A DNA stretch of 64,000 nt, taken from contig WYBL01000116.1 in NCBI GenBank assembly GCA_011526565.1, positions 3,019-67,018 on the forward strand, given 5' to 3'. The translations under genes and the position numbers were made by a program. The notes under the pieces were generated by a model. It was not told the origin of the DNA. It did no database searches and saw nothing but the letters and a program-made list of their open reading frames with translations. Each line of letters opens with the position of its first letter. Position 1 is the first letter of the stretch. This document shows positions 9,422 through 19,383 of the stretch, in pieces. This DNA comes from Acidobacteriota bacterium (GTDB lineage Bacteria; Acidobacteriota; Vicinamibacteria; Fen-336).

Positions 9422-11029
9422 TCGCGCAGCCCCCGGCTGGAGCAGCGTGAAGCCCTCCTTCGCCTTCGCCTCGGCGACGATCCGCCGCACGTCCTCCAGC
9501 AGCCGCTTCGCGTCGTAGACGATGCCGTCCTTGATCGTGTAGCGCACGCCGCCGACACGGACCGGCTCGTTCTTCGCGTCGAGCTCGATCGCCCCGGTGC
9601 CGTACAGGGAGCCGAGGTGGGCCAGCGGGTTCTTCGAAAGCACCACCAGGTCGGCCTTCTTGCCGACCTCGACCGAGCCCACGTCCTTCGCGCGGCCGAG
9701 CGCCTCCGCGCCCTTCAGCGTCGCCGCGCGCAGCACCTCGAGCGGGTGGAAGCCCGCCTCGCGCAGCAGCTCCAGCTCGCGCACGTAGTCGAAGCCGTAG
9801 AGCTTGTAGATGAAGCCCGAGTCGGAGCCGGTGGTGACGCTGCCGCCGCGGTTCTTGTACTCGTTCACGAACGCCATCCACAGCCGGTAGTTCTCGCGCC
9901 AGGCCACCTCGTCCTCGGTGGTCCAGTAGAACCAGTACGAGCCGTGGGCCTTGCGCGAGGGCTGGTAGAAGCGCCACAGCGAGGGCAGCGTGTGCTCCTC
10001 GTGCCACTCGGCGCGGCGGGCCCGCATCAGGTCGCGGCTGGCCTCGTAGATCGTGAAGGTGGGATCGAGGTTGAAGCCGAGCGAGACGAGCTCGTCCATC
10101 ACCGCGTTCCACTTCGGGCTGAACGGCGCCGCCGCCTGCTTCCACAGCCGGCCGGCCTCGCCGAAGCGGTGCTGCTCGTCGTTGTAGTTGTAGCCGGCCG
10201 GAAAGTCCTGGACGGTGCGGCCCTCGAACAGCGCCTCGGGCAGCCCGTACCAGTGCTCCATGCCGTGCAGGCCCATGCGCGCGGCGTCGAGCACGTTGAC
10301 GCGCGCGACGCCCAGTTGCGCCAGGTGGGCCGTGGTGCGGATGCCCTGCTTCCGCGCCTCGTCGATGGTGGCCGCCATGATCGCCGGCGGCAGCGAGGTC
10401 AGCTTGAGGCCGTCGGCGCCCTGCTTCGCGACCGAGGCCACCCACGCCCGCGCCGCCTCGGGGGTGCTCGCCGGCGCCTTCAGGCCCTGGCTCCACCACG
10501 CGTAGGCCTCGATCCGCGGCGCCGTGATCTCGTTGCGCGCGCTCTTCGCCTTCGCCTCCAGCACCCAATCGAGCCCGTTGCCGGCCCCGGGATCGCGGAT
10601 CGTCGTCACGCCGTGGGCCATCCACAGCTTGAAGACGTACTCGGCAGGCGTGCCCTGCTCGCGGCCGCCGATGTGGGCGTGGGCGTCGACGAAGCCGGGG
10701 ATCACGAAGTGGCCGTCGAGCTCGCGGACCTCGTCGCCGGGTTCCGCCTTGGGCCGCCGCGACGGGTCGATCGGCACGCCGGGGAAGCCGACGCTCTGGA
10801 TCTTCGCGATGCGGTCCTTCTCGATGACGATGTCGACGGGGCCCACCGGCGGAGCCCCGGTGCCGTCGATCAGCGTCACGCCGCGCAGGATCAGCCGCCC
10901 CCACGGCCCCTCGCCTTCGGCCCTGGGGGGCGCCTTGGGAATGCCCCGCGCCTCCTCCTCGTCGGCCCCCGCGCCGCCGGCGAACAGCGCCAGCCCCGCG
11001 CACAGGACCAGTGACAGCCAGCGGTTCAT
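9419..11029 (-). CDS. Secreted metal-dependent amidohydrolase-family protein
   Basis: Signal peptide (MNRWLSLVLCAGLALFAGGAGA). The HxH metal motif reads GFVDAHAHIGG. Further amidohydrolase-fold motifs include ...TTAHLAQ... and ...SVTTGSDSG.... Confidence 0.75.
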
Positions 11030-11049
11030 CGCGCGACCTCCGGGACCTC

Positions 11050-13182
11050 TCAGAATCGCAGTTCGGCCGACAGCTCCACGCGCCGCCCGTCGACCGGAAG
11101 CCGCAGCGGGACGTACACGTAGCTGGCGGCCTGCAGTCCCTCCTCGTCCAGCGCGTTGCGCAGGTCGAGGTGGAACGTCACCGGGTAGACGAGGCGGGTC
11201 TTGTAGGACACCCGCGCGTTCATCGTCAGGAACTTGCCGGCCTCGCCGGCGCCGCGGGCCGAGTCGACGGCATGGGGCCCCATGAAGCGCACGGCGTAGG
11301 AGCCGGTCCAGTCACCGAACCGCTGCGAGAAACCGATCGAGCCGAGCAGGGCCGAACTGGCGGGCAGCTTCTCCTCGGGCCCGCCATCCACCTGCTGCCG
11401 GGAGCGGGCCCAGGCCAGGTTCAGGTACGCCGAGGTGCCGCGGTCCCGGAAGCGCATCGCGGCGCCCACGCCGGAGGAGCGGACGACGCCGCGCGATTGG
11501 TACTGCAGCAGGCCGACCAGGTCCTCGGCGGTGCCGGAGCGGCCGACGATGCCGCCCTGCACCTCGGACGGCGCGCCGATCTCGACGCCCTGGATCAGGC
11601 CGTCGAGCCGCGAGCGGAACGCATAACCCTGGACCGCGACGCGCGGAGAGGCGCTCCAGATGGTCGACAGCTCCCACGACTCGATCTCCTCGGACTCGAG
11701 CGAGGGGTTCGGGATCTGGGTCTCGAAGTCGTCCTCGTAGGACGCCTCGAAGATGGTCGGCGGGCGGAAGCCGCGGCCGTAGAGCGCCTTCAGCGACAGC
11801 GTCGGGTCGGGCTTGAAGATCGCCGCCACCCGCGGCTGGGCCTTGGAGCCACCGGGGTCGGTGTCGGCCCAGTTGCCGCCCAGCACCAGCGTGAAGCGCT
11901 CGGTCGGCCGCCACTCCTCCTGGGCGTAGAGCACGGCGAAGCGGCCGGTCGTCTGCTGCTCGGTGACCGCGCTGCCGCCGGCGCCGACGAGCGGACGCAA
12001 CTGGAAGTCGCGACCCAGGCTGCGGTGCCGGATCTCGCCGCCGACGGTCACGAAGTGGCTGCCGAGGCGGCGCGAGAAGCGCAACTCGCCGCCGGTGTCG
12101 CGCGAGTCGGTGTTGAGGGCGAAGCGGTAGCCTGGCGCCGGCGGGAACACCGTGGGGTCGGCGTACGGGTCGCGCTCGCGATAGGTGTAGATGTCGTGGA
12201 ACGCGCGGGCCGCAACGTCCCAGCCGCTGGCCAGCCTGCGGTCCCACTTGACCTCGAGCAGGGTGCGGTGGTCGCGCTGGGTCTGGCCCGCGCCGAACAC
12301 CGTGCCGTAGGGCGCGTAGGCGCCCTCCTTCTCCCGCACGCCGGTGCGCGCCATCAGCGACCAGTCGCCGCGGCTCGCGGTCACGAACGCGAACGGCGCC
12401 TTCTCCGAGTCGACTCCTTCGGCGCGCCCGCCCCAGGCCGTGGAGCCGTCGAAGCGGACCGGGAACCCGGCGTCCTCCTCGGGCAGGTCGATCTCCTCGC
12501 CCGCCGAGCCGTAGTACCCGGCCGCCACCAGCACCTTCCACTCGCGCGGGTCGTCTCCGCCCGTCAACCCGGAGCCGCCCCAGGACACGACGCCGCTTCC
12601 CGTCGCCTGGTTCCCGCCGGTCACTCGCACCCGCCAGCCGGCGAGAGCCTCCGAGGCGCCGTTCCCGGTGACCACGTTCACGATGCCGTACAGGCTGTAG
12701 CCCCCGTACAGGAGCGACGACGGGCCGTAGACGATCTCGATACGCTCGACCAGGTCGAGCGGCACCAGCATCTCGCGGCCGACGCCGCCGAAGCTCGACC
12801 ACGGCTCGTTGACCGGGTGGCCGTTGAGCATGACGAGGATGCGGGTGTTGAAGTCCTCGAAGAAGAACAGCCCGCGCGAGCCGACCAGGTCGTAGCGCTT
12901 GTCGGACAGCGTGAAGTTGCCGAGCGAGGCGTAGTTGAGCACCTCGGACAGCGTGCGGAAGCCCCAGCGCTCGATGTCCTCGCGGGACAGGATGGTGACG
13001 GTGGCCGGGGTTTCCTTGGGGTCCTCGGCGTGCTTGGAGACGCCCTCGATCCGCTCGTTGTTGAAGTACTGGGCGGCCTGCTCGAAGAAGTCCTCCTGGG
13101 CTGTCGCGACGGGCGGACACAGCAGGGTCCAGGCGCCGAGCGCCAGGGCGCCGGCGAGCCGGGCGGGGCTAGCGCTGCGCAC
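11050..13182 (-). CDS. TonB-dependent outer-membrane receptor
   Basis: Signal peptide, a plug domain (ETPATVTILSREDIERWGFRTLSEVL...) and a long barrel that ends in the aromatic residue F (...SAELRF). Confidence 0.85.
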   Translation of the reverse strand: MRSASPARLAGALALGAWTLLCPPVATAQEDFFEQAAQYFNNERIEGVSKHAEDPKETPATVTILSREDIERWGFRTLSEVLNYASLGNFTLSDKRYDLVGSRGLFFFEDFNTRILVMLNGHPVNEPWSSFGGVGREMLVPLDLVERIEIVYGPSSLLYGGYSLYGIVNVVTGNGASEALAGWRVRVTGGNQATGSGVVSWGGSGLTGGDDPREWKVLVAAGYYGSAGEEIDLPEEDAGFPVRFDGSTAWGGRAEGVDSEKAPFAFVTASRGDWSLMARTGVREKEGAYAPYGTVFGAGQTQRDHRTLLEVKWDRRLASGWDVAARAFHDIYTYRERDPYADPTVFPPAPGYRFALNTDSRDTGGELRFSRRLGSHFVTVGGEIRHRSLGRDFQLRPLVGAGGSAVTEQQTTGRFAVLYAQEEWRPTERFTLVLGGNWADTDPGGSKAQPRVAAIFKPDPTLSLKALYGRGFRPPTIFEASYEDDFETQIPNPSLESEEIESWELSTIWSASPRVAVQGYAFRSRLDGLIQGVEIGAPSEVQGGIVGRSGTAEDLVGLLQYQSRGVVRSSGVGAAMRFRDRGTSAYLNLAWARSRQQVDGGPEEKLPASSALLGSIGFSQRFGDWTGSYAVRFMGPHAVDSARGAGEAGKFLTMNARVSYKTRLVYPVTFHLDLRNALDEEGLQAASYVYVPLRLPVDGRRVELSAELRF

Positions 13183-14011
13183 CGAGAGCCTCCGGATTCG
13201 CCCCGATGGCCTCCGCGGCCTTGCGGGACACCACGACCTGCATCTGGTCCACCTCGATGCGTTTCTTGCCCACCGTCTGCGGCTGCTGGGCCGCCTCGGT
13301 CGCGGCCTTCGCCATCGCCGCCGGCGGCGCGACCAGCGCCAGCGTCACGCCCTCGCGGGTCAGGCCCTCGAGGAACCCGACCGTCGGCTTCTTCGCCGCC
13401 TGGGACTGCTCGACGACGTACTCGACCGACTCGCGGCTGGTGGTGACCGGGTCCCCGATCGCCAGCAGCAGGGCGTCGACCTTGCCGAGCGCCGGCTTCA
13501 CGGAGCGGTACAGGTCTCCCGTCGAGTTCACGGTGACGGGCACCACCGCCACCCCGGCGGCCTCGCCGGCCTTGACGAAGCCCAGCGCGATCTCGCGGTT
13601 GCGGGCCGGCGTGAAGACGAAGCCGACCGCCTTCGCCTTCAGCGTGTCGCGCAGGTACTCGAACACCTTGTCGAGCCGCGGGTAGAAGGAGATGTAGGTG
13701 CCCGGGGTGCGGACCTGGGCGGGGTTGGCGACGCCCAGCGACACGACCGCGGCGCCTCGCGCCTCGGCCGCCACCTCGGCGGACTTGGGCCCGACGGCGA
13801 ACAGCACCCGCTGGCCCTTCGACTCGCGGGCGAGGCGAGAGGAGTCCGCGAGGTCGTCGCCGGTCAGCTCCACGACGCGGGCTTCGCCGGACAGCGCGCG
13901 CACGATGGCGTCGGTCAGGCCGAAACTCTCGCTGCGCGGCTTGAGCACCACCGAGCCGGTGGCGGGAGCCGCGAGCGAGGCGACCAGCAGGAGCCGGGCT
14001 GCAAGCGTCAC
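13169..14011 (-). CDS. Periplasmic binding protein of the uncharacterised-ABC-transport-system family (COG2984-like)
   Basis: The signal peptide starts at a GTG (VTLAARLLLVASLAAPATGS). The body (...LFAVGPKSAEVAAEA...VGFVFTPARNREIALGFVKAGEAAGVAV...) resembles ABC_sub_bind/COG2984 proteins. The start is uncertain: it could be 14011 (GTG, no clear SD) or the upstream ATG at 14155. It overlaps the downstream receptor start by 14 nt. Confidence 0.5.
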   Translation of the reverse strand: MTLAARLLLVASLAAPATGSVVLKPRSESFGLTDAIVRALSGEARVVELTGDDLADSSRLARESKGQRVLFAVGPKSAEVAAEARGAAVVSLGVANPAQVRTPGTYISFYPRLDKVFEYLRDTLKAKAVGFVFTPARNREIALGFVKAGEAAGVAVVPVTVNSTGDLYRSVKPALGKVDALLLAIGDPVTTSRESVEYVVEQSQAAKKPTVGFLEGLTREGVTLALVAPPAAMAKAATEAAQQPQTVGKKRIEVDQMQVVVSRKAAEAIGANPEALGAQR

Positions 14012-14105
14012 GTTCCGCGGAGGATAGCCGATTCCGGGGCGGACCCGGGCGGGCGTCGACGAGGCCCCGTCGGTGCTGTTACAGTGCGCGCGGTTTCCCA
14101 AGGGA

Positions 14106-15647
14106 ATGAAGCTGCTCCAGGACCTCTCGATCCGGCGCAAGCTGATCGCCATCATCCTGATGACGACCAGCGCGGTCTTCCTGCTGACCGCGGTCGCCTT
14201 CTTCAGCTACGACCTCGTCACCCTGCGCGGGCGCATGGTCGAAGAACTGAAGGTGATGGCGCGCCTGGTCGACGCCAACACCCAGGCCCTGCTCCTCTTC
14301 AACGAGCAGGACGAGGCGCGGGCCCGGCTGGAGTCGCTGGCCGCGCAGCCGCGGCTGCTCTCGGCCCGGCTGCTGACCCCCGACGGCAAGGTCCTCGCCG
14401 AATACGTGGCCAAGAGCCGCGAGGGACCGATGGGCGGGCCGCCCGAGGTGGAGACCGTGCGCGACCAGGAGCTGCACCGCTTCCTGCCCGGAACCCTGCT
14501 GCCGCGCCGCCTGGTCCTGTCGCGCCCGATCTACATCGGCCAGGACCAGTTCGCGGGCTGGGTCTACCTCGAGTCCGACACCCGCGAGCTGACGGCCCGG
14601 CTGTGGAACTACTTCGGCGTCACGGCGCTGATCATGCTGGCGGCCTCCGGCCTCGCGTTCCTGCTCTCCTCGCGGCTGCAGGGCCTGGTCTCGGAGCCGA
14701 TCCTTCACCTCGTGCAGGTGGCCGGCGAGGTCTCCCACAAGCAGGACTACCGGGTGCGGGCGACGCGGCGCGGCGACGACGAGGTCGGCAAGCTGGTCGA
14801 CGCCTTCAACGAGATGCTGGTCCAGATCGAGCGCCGCGACGAGGCCCTCGTCGAAGCGCGCGACCAGGCCTACGAGGTGAGCCGGACCAAGAGCGCGTTC
14901 CTGGCCAACATGAGCCACGAGTTGCGCACGCCGCTCAACGCCATCATCGGCTACACGGAGATGCTGCGCGAGGAGGCGGAAGAAGTCGGCCAGGAGGACT
15001 TCATCCCCGACCTGGTCAAGATCCACTCGGCCGGCAAGCACCTGCTGGGGCTGATCAACGACATCCTCGATCTGTCGAAGATCGAGGCCGGCAAGATGAC
15101 CGTGCACGCCGAGCTGTTCGACGTGGCGGGCGTCGTGCGCGACGTCGCCTCCACCGTGCAGCCGCTGTTCGACAAGAACGGCAACGTCCTGGTCGTCGAG
15201 ACCGGCGACGGGCTCGGCGACATGAGTTCCGACGTCACCCGCGTGCGCCAGGTGCTGCTCAACCTGCTGTCGAACGCCTCGAAGTTCACGTCGGCGGGCC
15301 GTGTCCACATGCGGGTCGGCAAGTTCGAGCGCGACGGCGCCGACTGGGTCCGCTTCGCGGTCCAGGACTCGGGCATCGGCATGACCCCGGAGCAGCTCGC
15401 CAAGCTGTTCCAGCCGTTCAGCCAGGCCGATTCCTCGACGACCCGCAAGTACGGCGGCACCGGGCTCGGCCTCGCGATCAGCCGCCGCTTCTGCCACATG
15501 ATGGGCGGCGACATCGCGGTGACCAGCGAGATCGGCAAGGGCTCGACCTTCACCGTCGAGTTGCCCGTGGCGATGCCCGAGCCCGCGGCCTCCTCCGCCG
15601 TGCGGGCGCGGGCCGCGGCCGAGCCGAGGCCCGCCACCGGGCGCTAG
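14106..15647 (+). CDS. Membrane sensor histidine kinase (two TM helices, periplasmic domain, HAMP, HisKA, HATPase_c); orphan
   Basis: TM1 is [20 protein letters not shown] and TM2 is [17 protein letters not shown]. The HAMP region includes [12 protein letters not shown]. The H-box [23 protein letters not shown] and the catalytic core are about 60% identical to the kinase at 1705..3195. Confidence 0.85.
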   Translation: MKLLQDLSIRRKLIAIILMTTSAVFLLTAVAFFSYDLVTLRGRMVEELKVMARLVDANTQALLLFNEQDEARARLESLAAQPRLLSARLLTPDGKVLAEYVAKSREGPMGGPPEVETVRDQELHRFLPGTLLPRRLVLSRPIYIGQDQFAGWVYLESDTRELTARLWNYFGVTALIMLAASGLAFLLSSRLQGLVSEPILHLVQVAGEVSHKQDYRVRATRRGDDEVGKLVDAFNEMLVQIERRDEALVEARDQAYEVSRTKSAFLANMSHELRTPLNAIIGYTEMLREEAEEVGQEDFIPDLVKIHSAGKHLLGLINDILDLSKIEAGKMTVHAELFDVAGVVRDVASTVQPLFDKNGNVLVVETGDGLGDMSSDVTRVRQVLLNLLSNASKFTSAGRVHMRVGKFERDGADWVRFAVQDSGIGMTPEQLAKLFQPFSQADSSTTRKYGGTGLGLAISRRFCHMMGGDIAVTSEIGKGSTFTVELPVAMPEPAASSAVRARAAAEPRPATGR

Positions 15648-15654
15648 ACCGCCT

Positions 15655-18600
15655 TCAGCTCGTCACCGTCCGCAGCCGCTCGCACAGCACGCGGATCACG
15701 CCCCGCACGACCTCGATGCGGTCGGCCATCAGCTCGTACAGCGCCTCCTGCTCGAGCCGGAACAGGTGGGTGGCGCCGATCGCCAGCACCGACGCCGAGC
15801 GCGGCTCCGGGTCCAGCGCGGCCATCTCGCCGAAGATCTCGCGCGGGCCCAGCTCGCGCAGCACGCGGCCCTCGTTGACGACCCGCACCCCGCCTTCGAC
15901 GACGATGTAGAGCGCCGACCCCATGTCGCCCTTCTCGAACACGATGCCGCCGGGGCCGACGTCGACCTCCTCGAGCCGCGAGGCCACCTCGGCCAGGATC
16001 TCGTCGGGCGTCTCGCGGAAGATCGACACGCTCTTCAGGATGATCACCTTCTCGACCGTGGTCAGCATCGACGTCCCTCCCGACAGCTCCGCCTCGTAGC
16101 GCGCGATCAACCGCTCGGCCTCGTCGAGCGCGAGGCCGGTGGCCGGCTGGCGCCGCCGCGGCAGCCGGGTCAGCACCTCGCGCACGATCGTCTCGTCGGC
16201 TGGCACGCGGGGCGCCAGCGCCAGCAGCCCCGGCAGGTCCGCCTCGACCGCAGCCTGCAAGGCGCAGGCGCGCAGCCAGGGCGCCGTCGCCTCGTCCGTC
16301 ACCAGTCGCTCGAGCCGCGCGGCGAAGCCCAGGAGTTGATGCGGGAAGGTCGCGCCCAACTTGCGCAGTCGCTCGGCATGCGCCACGTCCTCGAGCAGCG
16401 GCACCACCAGCTTGCCGACGTCGGGGGTCACAAGGCTGTCGACCAGTTCCACCGCCTGGGCCCGCTTCTCCGGCCGGCGGCTCGACAGGTTGACGCGGGC
16501 GCGCAGCACCGGGTCGGGCGGGTAGACGAAACCGAGCAGGCAGAAGACCCGCTCGCGAGCCCTGCCGAACGCGTGGTCCAGCGTGCTCGCGAGCAGCGCG
16601 CCCCGGGCCTCCGCGCGCACGTCCTCGAGCATCGCCAGCACCACCACCGCGTCGCGCACCTCGCGGGCGATCCGTTCCTTCACCTGCGGCACGGCAGCCG
16701 GCGCCGCCTCGAAGCCTGTCGTCGCCAGCGAGGACAGCAGCGACAGTCGCACCTCGGGATCGTCGTGGTCGGCGCACAGCCACAGGAACTCGCGGGCGCG
16801 GGCCCCGCCGATCTGCCCGATCAGGCGCGCGACCCGGCGCTGCGCCGAGCGCCGCCGCTGCTCGTCGGCGGCGTGGAAGGCCTGCTCGAGGTCCGGGAGC
16901 ACGGCGGGGCCCGAGGCGACCAGCGCCGCCATCGCCGCGGAACGGTGGGCGGGCAGGTCGAGGCTGCGCAACAGCAGCGGCAGCAGCCGCGGGTTGCGGA
17001 GCCGACCCGCGGCCCACAACGCGGCGCGCCGCACGGCCGGCTCGCGGTCGGCGAGCAACGCGATCAGCGGCCGGTAGAAGCTGGCCTGGCCGACCTCGCC
17101 GATCACCCGGGCCGCCTCCTCGCGGGCGACCGGTTCTTCGGCGCGGGCCATCGTCACCAGCCGCTCGCCGGCGGCCAGCACGCCTTCGATGCCGCCGTGG
17201 CGCAGCAGCGCCACCAGCGCTCCGCACCGGGCCTCCACCTCGGGGGCGTCGAGCGAGAGCATCACCCGCTCGACGTCCTCGGGTTCGCCGATCGCAGCCA
17301 GCGCCCGCAACGCCGCGCCGCGCGCCGCCGCATCCTCCTCCGCCACCGCCGCCAGCCGCACGGCCCCGAGCGCCGCGCGCAGGCCCAGCCGTTCCACACG
17401 CAGCGAGGCATCGCGGCGCACCGCGGGGTCCTGGTGGCCGAGTTGAGCGACCACGGCGCTCTCCAGCGACGGGTGGCCCAGTTCCTCGAGCACGCCGAGG
17501 CAGTAGGCGACCTCCTCGGGGCGCGGCGAGTGCAGCCCCTTCTGCAGCACGGCCAGGCTGGAGGCGTCGAGCGCCAGCGAGACCCCCTGCAGGTGGCGGC
17601 TCTCCAGCGCGCGGCGCAGCTTCTCGGTGTAGGCGCCGCGGAGCGTGGCGGCGACGACGACCCAGCCGAGCACCAGCAGTCCGAGCAGCGCGCACAGCTC
17701 GACGGCGCCGAAGCCGAGGCCGCCGACCAGGGCCAGCAACGCAATGCCGGCGACGCCGCCGGCCAGCGGGCCGACGATGCCTTCCACCGCGGTCTGCGCC
17801 CGCACCCGGGCCGCGCCGGGCAGCGGCTGGTAGAGCAGCAGCACCGCGCTGCGGTCGATCGAGTCGCGCAGCGACTGGTCGACCAGCTTGGTCAGCGCCA
17901 GCAGCGCGAAGAGCAGGGCCGTCGGAGCCGCCAGCGCACCCGCGCCGACGACGCCGAGGCAGCCGAGCCCGATCGCCGCCGGCATGAACTGCAGCGCCCC
18001 GAGCCCGAAGCGGGCCAGCGCCCGACCCGCCAGCGCTCGAGCCAGCAGGGTGATGGCCGCGACGCTGCCGTTGAACACGCCGATGAACGCGGTCAGGTCG
18101 CGCTCGGCGGGGTAGCGCGCCGCAGCCAGCGCGTAGAAGGCGTTGTCGAGGAAGTAGTAGGCGACGTACGACAGCGCCACGAGGGCGAACAGCAGCCGCA
18201 GGTAGCCGCTGCGCAGCCCGCCGCCGGAGCGGGCGGCGTGGGAGCGGTCCTCCTCGCCGCCGGCCGCCTCGAGCAGCGGGAAGCGCCGCGTCACCACTCG
18301 CAGCAGGGCCAGGCACCCGACCACGGCGGCGGCCGAGACCCACAGCAGGTCGGCGGTGCCGAAGCGCGCCACGAACAGCGGCACCAGCAGGCCCGTGAGC
18401 GCCCCGGCGGCGAGCTCTCCGGCGCCGATCGGCCCGAACAGCCGCTTGCCCTGGCGCACGTTGAGCAGCGAGCCCGAGAGCCCCCAGAACTCGAGCGTCA
18501 GCAGCACGCCCTCGACCTCGGCCCACACCGGCAGGACCAGCGCGACGGGCACGACGTGTCCCATGCCCAGCGCGCCGCGCAGCGTCAGCAGCGTGACCAG

Positions 18601-18879
18601 CACGACCAGCAGGTCGACGGCCAGCAGCGTGCGCAGGCCGACGCGCGCGGACAGGCGCAGGCGCAGGAAGCCGGTGACCGGGATCGCGATCGCCGCCGCG
18701 ATGTAGACCCAGGGCAGGTGGCGGGCGTCGCTGTGCGACAGGAACAGCGCCATGCCCGCGGTGCTGGTCAGGTTGCGCGGCACGCCGATGCAGAAGGAGT
18801 GGAGCATCAGCAGCCAGACGAGGCGCTCCTCCTCCGGGCGCACGTCCAGCATCGTGGCGATCGCCCTGCGCAGCCCCAT
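15655..18879 (-). CDS. Large multidomain protein: an N-terminal ATP/ADP-translocase-like (TLC/Npt) multi-TM transporter domain, central HEAT/PBS-lyase-type repeats, and a C-terminal cyclic-nucleotide-binding domain
   Basis: About 12 predicted TM helices lie in the first 430 aa. A helical repeat region carries recurring DPAVRRDA, REPAVRRAAL and DDPEVRLS motifs (HEAT/PBS-lyase-like). The C-terminus (VEKVIILKSVSIFRETPDEILAEVASRLEEVDVGPGGIVFEKGDMGSALYIVVEGGV...REIFGEMAAL...RSASVLA) is a cNMP-binding fold. Confidence 0.75.
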   Translation of the reverse strand: MGLRRAIATMLDVRPEEERLVWLLMLHSFCIGVPRNLTSTAGMALFLSHSDARHLPWVYIAAAIAIPVTGFLRLRLSARVGLRTLLAVDLLVVLVTLLTLRGALGMGHVVPVALVLPVWAEVEGVLLTLEFWGLSGSLLNVRQGKRLFGPIGAGELAAGALTGLLVPLFVARFGTADLLWVSAAAVVGCLALLRVVTRRFPLLEAAGGEEDRSHAARSGGGLRSGYLRLLFALVALSYVAYYFLDNAFYALAAARYPAERDLTAFIGVFNGSVAAITLLARALAGRALARFGLGALQFMPAAIGLGCLGVVGAGALAAPTALLFALLALTKLVDQSLRDSIDRSAVLLLYQPLPGAARVRAQTAVEGIVGPLAGGVAGIALLALVGGLGFGAVELCALLGLLVLGWVVVAATLRGAYTEKLRRALESRHLQGVSLALDASSLAVLQKGLHSPRPEEVAYCLGVLEELGHPSLESAVVAQLGHQDPAVRRDASLRVERLGLRAALGAVRLAAVAEEDAAARGAALRALAAIGEPEDVERVMLSLDAPEVEARCGALVALLRHGGIEGVLAAGERLVTMARAEEPVAREEAARVIGEVGQASFYRPLIALLADREPAVRRAALWAAGRLRNPRLLPLLLRSLDLPAHRSAAMAALVASGPAVLPDLEQAFHAADEQRRRSAQRRVARLIGQIGGARAREFLWLCADHDDPEVRLSLLSSLATTGFEAAPAAVPQVKERIAREVRDAVVVLAMLEDVRAEARGALLASTLDHAFGRARERVFCLLGFVYPPDPVLRARVNLSSRRPEKRAQAVELVDSLVTPDVGKLVVPLLEDVAHAERLRKLGATFPHQLLGFAARLERLVTDEATAPWLRACALQAAVEADLPGLLALAPRVPADETIVREVLTRLPRRRQPATGLALDEAERLIARYEAELSGGTSMLTTVEKVIILKSVSIFRETPDEILAEVASRLEEVDVGPGGIVFEKGDMGSALYIVVEGGVRVVNEGRVLRELGPREIFGEMAALDPEPRSASVLAIGATHLFRLEQEALYELMADRIEVVRGVIRVLCERLRTVTS

Positions 18880-18921
18880 GGGAACCCGCGAACGATAACC
18901 GATCGCGGCCCGGCCCCTGCG

Positions 18922-19383
18922 CTACCTCGGGCGGTAGCGCTCGATCCGCCCCCGGCAGCGCGGGCTCCCGCAGCGACAGGCGAAGCTCCAGCGCGGGTCC
19001 CAGAAGTAGTGCTCGGGGAAGCGGGCGAAGAGACGGGCGTCGGCCCACTCGTAGTCGATCGTCAGCTCGGTCCCGGCGGCCACGTCGCGCAGGGTGGCGA
19101 GGTCGCGGTCGGAGCGGATCTCGGCATTGGGCTCGCAGCCGTGGTTGACGTAACGGGCGAGCGTCAGCGGCACCGTCCACTCGAACGGCGCGAAGGAGTT
19201 GACGTAGACGATCTCCGCCTCCGGCACCTCGGTCCACGGCAGGTCGGGCCCGAGGAAACGGGTGAAGACCGTGCCGGCCGGCAGGCCGACCCGCGCGAAG
19301 ATCCCGGTGTGGCCCGCCGTCACCTCCCGCGCCTCCACGAAGCTCGCCTCGAGGGCCCGGGTGGCCGCGATGGCCGCCTTCAC
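18922..19383 (-). CDS. SET-domain protein (putative protein-lysine methyltransferase)
   Basis: The SET core and post-SET Cys cluster read ...YVNHGCEPNAEI...ELTIDYEW...CRCGSPRCRGRI. The GTG start at 19383 overlaps the stop of the upstream decarboxylase gene by 4 nt (GTGA). Confidence 0.7.
   Translation of the reverse strand: MKAAIAATRALEASFVEAREVTAGHTGIFARVGLPAGTVFTRFLGPDLPWTEVPEAEIVYVNSFAPFEWTVPLTLARYVNHGCEPNAEIRSDRDLATLRDVAAGTELTIDYEWADARLFARFPEHYFWDPRWSFACRCGSPRCRGRIERYRPR

Noticed and set aside
11011-15910. + ORFs 11011..13446 (811 aa) and 12935..15910 (991 aa)
   Set aside because: Antisense to the receptor and binding-protein genes. The latter also fuses out-of-frame junk onto the real HAMP kinase region.
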